This document shows, in pieces, positions 18,701 through 28,267 of a stretch of DNA of 31,591 nt (its first letter is position 1; the number at the start of each line of letters is the position of its first letter). A model generated the notes under the pieces. The model saw nothing but the letters and a program-made list of their open reading frames with translations. It was not told the origin of the DNA and searched no databases. The position numbers and the translations under genes were made by a program. This DNA comes from a virus (Duplodnaviria > Caudoviricetes), in IMG/VR virus record IMGVR_UViG_3300035666_001071, positions 1-31,591 of that record; one strand, given 5' to 3'.

Positions 18701-19356
18701 CTGCCCGGCGCTTTTCGAAAAAAGAGAGGATTAAAAAAGAATTCCAGAAGCGTTATGGTAAGCGTTGGAAAGAGATTTTCTATGCAACCGCATGGAAGAT
18801 GCATAAAGATTCATTTGATCCCAAAGTTAACACGATTGAATCTACAATTGATAAACTTTACATTTTGGTTGATTCTTGGAAGTGGACTGCAAAAGATGAT
18901 CGTGGTCCTCTGAGTATTGGAACAGACAATATCGTTAAGAAATACAAGAAAGACACTCCAGGGGAAAGATTAGGTGAAGATAAACGTGATAAAGATAAAG
19001 ATGCTCTTTACGGGGATTGGAAAAAACTCATAAATATGTCAGGGAAAGAGATTCAATCTTTTCTCGACTCAGAAGAGGGTAAAGAAGCAGGACTTTCCCG
19101 CAAAGAAGCAGGCAAGGCAGGAGCAGATGGGGGTAAAATTACAAGTGGAAGAGATTCTGCCCGGGCCATTATTCGTATGCTTGATACTCCCAAAGAGGAC
19201 TGGACGGCAAATGATTGGAAATGGGCGAGTAAGCAAGTCAGTTTCATCAGTAGAATGCAAGGTGTGAAGGGCGGTATGAGGGATGAGAAAGGTCATCCAA
19301 CCCGAAAACTTCTTGCTCTGAAAGTTTGGGGTCATAATCCGGAGAGGAAATCATGA
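15718..19356 (+). CDS. multidomain probable head polyprotein: HIGH-type nucleotidyltransferase + RimK-like ATP-grasp ligase + RimB-like aspartic protease + PKKY segment + YATAWK segment + DUF3140-like domain
   Basis: aa ~17-215: FGRMNPPTIGH...GSD...MSAS. aa ~230-545: NK, P.PRT, GAEGIGV, QEFL, DVR, FRTNIARG, GID, EMNASPG. aa ~551-670: AKIDTG, DRNHM..KVLLG..FL. aa ~840-895: LPKKY...KPSKYT. aa ~1020: YATAWK. aa ~1095-1210: INMS, SGRDS, LKVWGHNP. Confidence 0.85.
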   Translation: MFNFSDHNTQINEAKKDSVVFAFGRMNPPTIGHKVVVDKVLSEAAAKGADHFIFVSKTQDTKKNPLSQKSKIDYLKKLFPKVKFPLGKSTNPFDTVLYLCELGYKNIYVVTGSDHVTEYNRIKEYKGKVATNDPKKRSYSFDNLEVIVAGKARVKVTLDMIDDMLKKGQDVDPMYMSASLMREAAFKDRFDIFSIGIPGNKTLAKSLWKDVRKGMSLKEDLDLLDEATKKEDVTIIALTSSEKDLSDTIEKTEAICKRRKIEFYPIKTSKAQVEISNVSSKKITIKNYDGEGKDVTIVPENTVAIVRGGVMNTEIGVAIMTILQNNGVFMVNERAGMELCANKLETAIALKKHGLPHPRTAFVANEENIESAVKEVGGKFPIICKTLTGAEGIGVSKIESMESLKSVLQTLWKYGAEIIIQEFLPEFKNDVRSIVLNGKIFACAKRDKAPKDFRTNIARGSKGGSHQLSEEEIKLVEQAARVSKCFYVGIDHVINDGKPYIIEMNASPGSGNIYYRYYEDGEGKDNVKGEELVEDFVEYILNKAHWKLFSNLAVRENVKVDGNEYTAKIDTGNSGYNMIHADNIKDNGDHTVSFKLADGKKITKKIVSRIKVKSGIGEKERIVVFMDIEFHGKRYPNIKFSLGDRNHMSTKVLLGLRFLEKTGYVVDPANAIYPQPDVKKKTSGEEEEEEELSESIIPKGKANIAGALFKLMTTKKMVGKIFELSKLWKSNSVEFKKKLQDLETEIVIDYNKSLETGAKTAFFVDRFKLQSIIDKILYKMLDVAGVDLQTYVAKLSSVFGSQLTMGYSIDGESIQEADITKGKKFYTKSGKIKASPKDKKTGLPKKYVSGLSKREAELRKKRLAKRKDMSDDDPKTWEFVNPREKNIKTKPSKYTTAFKKLAKKGKLKTIKNDYEVNEAIAAIESFEELDYRTRMDKAISLEQKSLERGLKDAALVYRSFIEYEKKKQYGNYEIQTSVQEDIEYLLYEVSPPSGPARRFSKKERIKKEFQKRYGKRWKEIFYATAWKMHKDSFDPKVNTIESTIDKLYILVDSWKWTAKDDRGPLSIGTDNIVKKYKKDTPGERLGEDKRDKDKDALYGDWKKLINMSGKEIQSFLDSEEGKEAGLSRKEAGKAGADGGKITSGRDSARAIIRMLDTPKEDWTANDWKWASKQVSFISRMQGVKGGMRDEKGHPTRKLLALKVWGHNPERKS

Positions 19357-19613
19357 AATATTACGACAACCTAATTAAAAACATTAATGAGGCAAGAATT
19401 GCTGGATTGGAAAAGAAATCAAAACAAAGTGGAATTTCTTATGGAATTTTGAAACAAGTATTCGATAGAGGCATGGCTGCATGGAAAAGTGGACATAGAC
19501 CTGGAACAACGCCTCAACAATGGGCTTTTGCCAGAGTTAATTCATTTATTGTTGGCGGCAAAACTCGTAGAACCGCAGATAAAGATTTGTGGAAAAAGGC
19601 AAAGGGCGGCTAA
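19353..19613 (+). CDS. small basic protein, DUF5824-like (RGxAAW/GHRPG/ARVNSF)
   Basis: SGISYGILKQVFDRGMAAWKSGHRPGTTPQQWAFARVNSF; ATGA-coupled to the polyprotein. Confidence 0.7.
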   Translation: MKYYDNLIKNINEARIAGLEKKSKQSGISYGILKQVFDRGMAAWKSGHRPGTTPQQWAFARVNSFIVGGKTRRTADKDLWKKAKGG

Positions 19614-19614
19614 G

Positions 19615-19622
19615 ACTAAATA
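19615..19622 (+). promoter_or_regulatory. T4-like late promoter
   Basis: ACTAAATA in the gap before ATG 19656. Confidence 0.55.
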
Positions 19623-19655
19623 TCGATACAGTTAATTAAGTAATAAAGGATAAAA

Positions 19656-20522
19656 ATGTTTACAAATCCCCACAACCAAAATCTTCTCAATGATGTTATG
19701 CGTGTTCTCAGTGGAGAAACGACAGAAACTCCAATTAAGCCGGTGCCTAAATGGATATCAGAAGCGGCGAGAAAGGCTGCTACTGAAATTAAGCATGTGT
19801 TGAGTGAGGGAATGGTCGTAACTAGCGAGAGCAGAAGAGACATTCTTCGAAAGAACTTATCGGAAGCACTTGATACTTGCAATTGCTCTGTAAACAACGA
19901 AACTTCATTGCAGTTTGAAGAAGAAGTTAGAAAACTTGAAAATCAAATTGCAGAAGGTAAGCAAAGATCTGCCGGAGAGATTCTTGATATGTTAGAAAAG
20001 TCCTACAAGCAAAATGGACTTGATTCTATTCTTCTTGGATGGAAAGAACTGGGGCTTTCAGAGCCAATGAGAGTCGGAGAAGCACTAGAGGAATTCAAGT
20101 CTATCTTTGAACCAAAGGATCAAAAGTCCGCTGCCGCCGATATTAAGAGTTGGCTAAAGCCAAATGATTACAACAAATATAAGAAGATGATGGAAGGTGT
20201 TGAAATCAATTTGGATGACGATGAAGTTGAATTGGACGAAATGGTTCCGGGATCGAAGTCCGATAAGAGAGGAAACAAGTCCGCAGCGTTAAAACTTCGT
20301 AAAGACAGATTGGCTAAACTCCGTAAAGAGTTGGAAGATATGAAGAGAGCCGAAGTGATAAAAGTGTTAAAAAATTTGCCGAGTCTCCAAGGGGTATTGA
20401 AAAACGAAGAAGTTGAAGCGGAAAGAATCAATGAAATGGTTGATGGCCTTATTGAATTTGTATCAAAATTGTCTGATGAAGAAGTGTCGGTACTTCGTAC
20501 AATCATTGACAAAACTAACTAA
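19656..20522 (+). CDS. hypothetical Glu/Lys-rich protein, probable internal head protein
   Basis: AAGGA SD; many L/IxE motifs (LSE, IAE, LDE, INE); late-promoter context. Confidence 0.6.
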   Translation: MFTNPHNQNLLNDVMRVLSGETTETPIKPVPKWISEAARKAATEIKHVLSEGMVVTSESRRDILRKNLSEALDTCNCSVNNETSLQFEEEVRKLENQIAEGKQRSAGEILDMLEKSYKQNGLDSILLGWKELGLSEPMRVGEALEEFKSIFEPKDQKSAAADIKSWLKPNDYNKYKKMMEGVEINLDDDEVELDEMVPGSKSDKRGNKSAALKLRKDRLAKLRKELEDMKRAEVIKVLKNLPSLQGVLKNEEVEAERINEMVDGLIEFVSKLSDEEVSVLRTIIDKTN

Positions 20523-20525
20523 ATA
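20518..20525 (+). promoter_or_regulatory. T4-like late promoter
   Basis: ACTAAATA overlapping the upstream stop, 20 nt before ATG 20546. Confidence 0.55.
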
Positions 20526-20545
20526 CCACAAAGTGGAGAAAATAA

Positions 20546-21517
20546 ATGTCACACTGGAATAACAACGACAGAGAAGAATCAAAACCATCATATCTCAACA
20601 AAATCCAAAAAAGACTTTGCACTCGCACGGTTCGTGGTTGGGAGATACCTCTACAGGGTTCTTTTTTTGCTTATGCTGCAACTGGAGCATCTTCATCTTC
20701 AACTAACCCAAACAATTATACAGATGGAGTTGTTCTTACTGAACTGCTAGTAACTATTCCAAATGATCCCGGTTCATCGGGGCAATCATTCTTCACTCCA
20801 AGAAGCGGTGGTCCAACTGCTACAGGATGGGGACAGGGGTTCACTAGTCAAGGTAATGTGAACAATTATGCACCATATTTTGCATGTCCTTTCAATAATG
20901 ATTCTGCTACTGCGGGGGGAATGGCTGGAGTGGGAGTTTCTCACGCATCTTTCAACCTTTTCCGATCCTCAACTGGACAAACATTTAGTAACAATTTTTT
21001 ACCCGGAATGTCGGGTTCTAATGGATTCCAATGGGGGGTAAATAAGTATGGAGTCTCATCTCTCGGTGGTATATCTGGTGCAACAACATATATTAAAGTT
21101 GTGGTAAATGATGCTAACTTTATTCAAACAATAACCATGGGATTGAGTAGCGGTGCTTTAACTAATAACAATGGTGCAACCCTCTACACAGGAATTACAC
21201 AACTTAATGACCCCACTCTTGTTCCTCCAAGTGTAATGAGAACATTCTTTGGTGCAACAAGTACAAATGATGGATTGAAGTCTTACCGATATGATAATAT
21301 TGGAGTTCTTCGTATCGCTGGTGCCACCGCAAGTGGAACAAGAAGATTCGGTTTATATGCGGAAGACTCAAGAATGGCTGGCGGGCTAACCGCTGGGTTA
21401 ACTGCCACAACGACATTTACCATGTCTTTCGATAGACAACCTGGTGCCACATTTGGCGGATCACAAACTGCAAGTATCAATGATTATATCTATGGATCTT
21501 ACTTTAAATCATTCTAA
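20546..21517 (+). CDS. putative virion structural protein (Gly/Ser/Thr/Asn-rich)
   Basis: GGAG SD; MSHWNNND..ESKP.YL...GW...ELLV N-terminus resembles T4-like virion proteins; beta-rich composition. Confidence 0.55.
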   Translation: MSHWNNNDREESKPSYLNKIQKRLCTRTVRGWEIPLQGSFFAYAATGASSSSTNPNNYTDGVVLTELLVTIPNDPGSSGQSFFTPRSGGPTATGWGQGFTSQGNVNNYAPYFACPFNNDSATAGGMAGVGVSHASFNLFRSSTGQTFSNNFLPGMSGSNGFQWGVNKYGVSSLGGISGATTYIKVVVNDANFIQTITMGLSSGALTNNNGATLYTGITQLNDPTLVPPSVMRTFFGATSTNDGLKSYRYDNIGVLRIAGATASGTRRFGLYAEDSRMAGGLTAGLTATTTFTMSFDRQPGATFGGSQTASINDYIYGSYFKSF

Positions 21518-21527
21518 TGGAGATATG

Positions 21528-21998
21528 ATGAAGTCCTTTAAAAGTATTAGAAAAATAATCAACGAGACATTTCAAGAGTATACCGGATTTTCTCGTCGGC
21601 GTGTGGGACCATTAGATAGTGATAACTCTATGGATTTCAATCAGAACTTAGCACAGTTGAATCCAAGTGAAATCGATAGATTCAATATCTATCTTGGGGC
21701 TTTATCCTCAAAACCTTATCTCGATCCTAATCAAGCGTTTCGTGAAGTTCACTCAAAATTGTCAATAACGGGACTACATTTTGATGTTGATTGGAAAGAT
21801 GATTTAAGAAAATCAGGTGAGCGAGTATATCCACTGAGTTTATTTGGTGGCTCGTTCGGATCCGATGGTAAAACGTATGGCACTTCGACAGATGACAACA
21901 TTGAGCGTAAACTCGGCCATAAATTGGGATTAATGGTGACATCTACTCCAACATCAACAGGAATGACAACATTAAGGGCTGAAGTCATCCCCATGTAA
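21528..21998 (+). CDS. conserved T4-like hypothetical protein
   Basis: GGAG at 21519-21522 supports ATG 21525 or 21528; MKSFKSIRKIINE leader. Confidence 0.65.
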   Translation: MKSFKSIRKIINETFQEYTGFSRRRVGPLDSDNSMDFNQNLAQLNPSEIDRFNIYLGALSSKPYLDPNQAFREVHSKLSITGLHFDVDWKDDLRKSGERVYPLSLFGGSFGSDGKTYGTSTDDNIERKLGHKLGLMVTSTPTSTGMTTLRAEVIPM

Positions 21999-22013
21999 CA
22001 TAAACACTTTGTG

Positions 22014-22400
22014 ATGATTAATGAGACTTTGACTGAAAAAAATTATGTGCGCTATGCGATGAAGAACTACGATAATCCATCTGGAGGAATCGAAGAGTTC
22101 GAAGAAGACATGGCGAGAATAGTTTATCTAAAGAGGCTGTTCCGTAAATATCATAATTCAAGAATACTGCGTGAAAGATTAGTTCTCAACCACATAATAA
22201 CATTCTATAATGTATTTGGAGTCGAGGTTGCTACTCGACTCCTTTTCTTTCGTATAGAGAATGAACTTCACTACATACTCAAAACATTTTTGATATTTTT
22301 GAATTATCTTCCAGATGGGAATCCAAAATTCAATGTTGGTGTTGATGTAGTTTCTATACCTCTTGATGATAGGATCATAAAAAATTTAAGGAGAATCTGA
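22014..22400 (+). CDS. conserved T4-like phage hypothetical protein
   Basis: YAMKNYDNP...EFEED...YLKRLF..Y....LRERLVLNHII..YNVFG pattern, familiar from T4-like cyano/pelagiphages. Confidence 0.75.
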   Translation: MINETLTEKNYVRYAMKNYDNPSGGIEEFEEDMARIVYLKRLFRKYHNSRILRERLVLNHIITFYNVFGVEVATRLLFFRIENELHYILKTFLIFLNYLPDGNPKFNVGVDVVSIPLDDRIIKNLRRI

Positions 22401-23080
22401 TGTCTATAAACATACTTGATACATTTATAGCCTATAAATTTATAAAGATCATATCAACATCTTGGAAAGATATGGATGCTTTCAAACTAGGAATTATTGA
22501 TGAGAATGGTAAAATCCTCAAGAAACGAGGAACTCTTAAATCACAAGCAGAAAAGGCTGCATATCCAAGTATATTCTACACTCTGTGCTGGAATATCAAG
22601 AAATTGCTGGATAAAGTTCCGGTCATCAATCTTAAGAGCAAACCAGGTTCGTTAATAGCATCAATCATGCTTCTTCGTGAAGTATGTGCAAAGGACATTA
22701 ATTCTCAGTCTTTAATTGATGATCTAGTAAAAGAAGAATTATCAAAAAGAGGCATGCACATCGGCACTATCTCTGAGTCCGCTTCTAATCCAAAGTTGAT
22801 TTCAACTGGAACATATTCAGTTCGTGGGAAGACAATTAAAATTGAATCTGATCTTCTTCCTATTGATGAGTGTTTCGGCCATCCAGTTTACAAATCAAAT
22901 GGAATGTTCTTCATTTTATCTGAGGTCAAGAGAGTTAAGGAAGATGCCCCAGTAAACAATGTTGGTGGCGGTGCTATTGCGGGAGTCTCACCTGGACAGG
23001 AACCCCCTATGCCTAGGGTTGGTTTTGAGAGATTACGAAAGTTAAGAAGGCGAAAGCCACCACAAACTCCACCTATCTAA
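22400..23080 (+). CDS. conserved T4-like hypothetical protein with a C-terminal EDAPVNNVGGGAIAG segment
   Basis: YKFIK....W...DAFKLGIIDENG..LKK N-terminus; upstream of primase as in related phages. Confidence 0.7.
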   Translation: MSINILDTFIAYKFIKIISTSWKDMDAFKLGIIDENGKILKKRGTLKSQAEKAAYPSIFYTLCWNIKKLLDKVPVINLKSKPGSLIASIMLLREVCAKDINSQSLIDDLVKEELSKRGMHIGTISESASNPKLISTGTYSVRGKTIKIESDLLPIDECFGHPVYKSNGMFFILSEVKRVKEDAPVNNVGGGAIAGVSPGQEPPMPRVGFERLRKLRRRKPPQTPPI

Positions 23081-23115
23081 TAGAAATCAAAATAATCGCT
23101 TATGTATTTGTTGTT

Positions 23116-23123
23116 TATAAATA
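23116..23123 (+). promoter_or_regulatory. T4 late promoter consensus
   Basis: Exact TATAAATA in an AT-rich intergenic region, where a chance match is possible. Confidence 0.45.
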
Positions 23124-23207
23124 AATGAAATTAAGTTCCAATCTTTAATAAGAAATTCTATTAAAGTTAAAAGTGAACGCTATATTATTAGACTTTCATA
23201 AAATTGT

Positions 23208-23235
23208 TTGACATTGTCGGCGGTAAGAATATAAT
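23208..23235 (+). promoter_or_regulatory. sigma70-type promoter for the primase gene
   Basis: Perfect TTGACA (23208-23213), 16-nt spacer, TATAAT (23230-23235). Confidence 0.8.
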
Positions 23236-23242
23236 TGTGCCA

Positions 23243-24277
23243 ATGGCACAGTTCATAGACACTAAGTACATTAATTTACTGTCTCCAAGACTTGATAGAT
23301 TTCAATGGAAGAAATCTAATCTAGCAGCATGTCGATGTCCAATTTGCGGCGATTCATCGAAGAGTAAAACAAAGATTCGCTTCTACTTTTACGAGAAGGG
23401 CGGCAACTTCTTTGTGCGATGTCACAATTGTGACTATAGTACAACACTCGGTGGTCTCATTCGCCACATGGATGGAAATCTTTACAAACAATATTGCTTT
23501 GAAAATCTAAAAAATAAGAATGACAATGGCCTATACAGTCATGTAAAGCAAGACAAACTAAGGAAGAAACCAACTCCACCTGAGAATTCTACCCTTAATG
23601 AGATACCTAAGTTATCGAAACTGCCACCATCTCATCCTGCTGTAGAATGGGCGAGAACTAGAAAAATTCCAAAGACTAAGTTGGATTTACTTTACTACGC
23701 CAATAACTTCGCTGAATGGGTATCACATATAGATCCTGATGCAAATGTCGGTGATGATGGAAGAGTTGTCATACCCATATTTTCTAGTACCGGTGTGTTA
23801 ATAGGCGCACAAGGGCGTATACTCGGTAAATCGCAAACTCACGGTCGAGAGGTGAGGTATATCACAATTAAGGCAGACAAAGACATTGGTAGGCTTTGGT
23901 ATGGCCTTGAGAGAATAGATACAGATAGACCTCTGATTGTGGTTGAAGGCCCAATCGATAGTTTATTTCTAACTAATTGTGTTGCGATGTTGGGATTATC
24001 TGACCCCTTGAATATCCCTGTGGGGATTCCAACTGACAAGATCATATACGCTTTAGACAATGAACCTAGAAACAAACAAGTTGTTGAGGCCATGGAAACT
24101 CTCATTGAAGCGGGGAAATCTGTTTGTATATGGAGTCCCCGTGTGGATGGAATCAAAGACATAAATGACATGGTTCTTAATGGGATTCATGTAGTAGAGA
24201 TTGAATCGATCATTCGTGAATGCACATTGTCGGGTCTTTCTGCGAAACTTGCGATGAAGGCTTGGAAGCGTGTCTAA
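23243..24277 (+). CDS. 61: T4-like DNA primase gp61
   Basis: CRCPICGDS...CHNC zinc finger, GAQGR, RYITIK, VEGPIDSLF, DNEPRN, KDINDM. Start moved to ATG 23243 because the track's TTG start lies in the promoter region. Confidence 0.95.
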   Translation: MAQFIDTKYINLLSPRLDRFQWKKSNLAACRCPICGDSSKSKTKIRFYFYEKGGNFFVRCHNCDYSTTLGGLIRHMDGNLYKQYCFENLKNKNDNGLYSHVKQDKLRKKPTPPENSTLNEIPKLSKLPPSHPAVEWARTRKIPKTKLDLLYYANNFAEWVSHIDPDANVGDDGRVVIPIFSSTGVLIGAQGRILGKSQTHGREVRYITIKADKDIGRLWYGLERIDTDRPLIVVEGPIDSLFLTNCVAMLGLSDPLNIPVGIPTDKIIYALDNEPRNKQVVEAMETLIEAGKSVCIWSPRVDGIKDINDMVLNGIHVVEIESIIRECTLSGLSAKLAMKAWKRV

Positions 24278-24280
24278 ATA
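24273..24280 (+). promoter_or_regulatory. T4-like late promoter
   Basis: TCTAAATA overlapping the primase stop, 18 nt before ATG 24299. Confidence 0.5.
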
Positions 24281-24298
24281 GAAATGTGGGAGTGATTT

Positions 24299-24583
24299 AT
24301 GGCAGAAAATGATAACATCGATGAAAACACGGATGAAGAAGAAACAGAAGAAATTGGTTTCGATGTCGATTCGAACGATAGTTCAGAGGAAACTTCAATT
24401 TCAAATTCAGATTTTGAGGAAAGTGATTATCCAACTACAGATATTCCTCCAGCGGACCTCGTTGACTTGATTGCAAATCAAAAGGCGAGTGAGGCAAGAG
24501 CGGAAATTTTTCGTTCTCTTTATAATAAAGTCGGTGAAAAAATCGAAGGTCTTAAGTCTGATATTCGTAAAAGTTCTGAGTGA
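24299..24583 (+). CDS. very acidic small protein, possibly prohead-core (gp67-like)
   Basis: GGGAG SD; D/E-rich N-half; C-terminal DLVDLIANQKASEARAEIFRSLYNKVGEKIE helix loosely resembles gp67-type core proteins. Confidence 0.5.
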   Translation: MAENDNIDENTDEEETEEIGFDVDSNDSSEETSISNSDFEESDYPTTDIPPADLVDLIANQKASEARAEIFRSLYNKVGEKIEGLKSDIRKSSE

Positions 24584-24598
24584 AGATAGGATTTTATT

Positions 24599-25303
24599 AT
24601 GATTCCAAATATGATTCCTGTTCTAGGAGCAGGATTTGTTCAATATGTTGATCACATGGGAAGCGACTTGACGGTCGTAAATGCTGCCCGAGTCTCTTTC
24701 AACAAAGAAAGCGAATGGGAACATCCAGATAGCCATGTTCCTGCCAATATTCTTTCGGAAAAAGATAAGAAGTTAATCTATTATCTTGCAAAACATAACC
24801 ACTGGACTCCATTCGCACATCCACAGATTACTTTGCGAATCAAGGCTCCAATTTCAATTCGCACACAACTATTTAAACATAAGCAGGGATTCGTAGAAAA
24901 CGAAGTATCTCGCCGCTATGTTTCGGATTCACCAGAATTTTATTTGCCCAAATGGAGATCTAAGCCATCTAATGGTGCAAAACAAGGTAGTGAGGATTTC
25001 ATCGATGATCAGCAGCGTATTGAACACTTTAACGATCTTTATAGCCAAGTTATTTCGAAGGCTCATGGATACTATGAATTCTTGATTGAACAAGGCGTGG
25101 CACCTGAACAAGCAAGGTTTATTCTTCCTCAGGGAGCATATACGGAATGGTGGTGGACTGGAAGTCTTGCAGCATATGCTAGAGTATATTCTTTAAGATC
25201 GGATCCCCACGCTCAATGGGAAGTTAGATCTTATGCCCAAGCCATTTCCAATATTATTAGTTCAATATATCCTGAGTCTTGGAACGCTCTAACTTGTCAA
25301 TAA
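24599..25303 (+). CDS. thyX: flavin-dependent thymidylate synthase
   Basis: MGSDLTVVNAARVSF, HWTPF, RTQLFKHKQGFVENEVSRRY (variant ThyX motif), APEQARFILPQ, HAQWEVR. Confidence 0.92.
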   Translation: MIPNMIPVLGAGFVQYVDHMGSDLTVVNAARVSFNKESEWEHPDSHVPANILSEKDKKLIYYLAKHNHWTPFAHPQITLRIKAPISIRTQLFKHKQGFVENEVSRRYVSDSPEFYLPKWRSKPSNGAKQGSEDFIDDQQRIEHFNDLYSQVISKAHGYYEFLIEQGVAPEQARFILPQGAYTEWWWTGSLAAYARVYSLRSDPHAQWEVRSYAQAISNIISSIYPESWNALTCQ

Positions 25304-25306
25304 ATA
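25299..25306 (+). promoter_or_regulatory. T4-like late promoter
   Basis: AATAAATA overlapping the thyX stop, 15 nt before ATG 25322. Confidence 0.55.
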
Positions 25307-25321
25307 CAAGTGGTGCGGTGA

Positions 25322-28263
<2,942 letters not shown>

Positions 28264-28267
<4 letters not shown>

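Noticed and set aside
1102-25111. Short minus-strand ORFs throughout the ORF track
   Set aside because: They lie antisense to well-supported plus-strand genes and show no recognisable motifs.
12434-25303. Inteins or introns in helicase, primase or thyX
   Set aside because: All three are normal length with contiguous motifs and no splice-junction or homing-endonuclease signatures.
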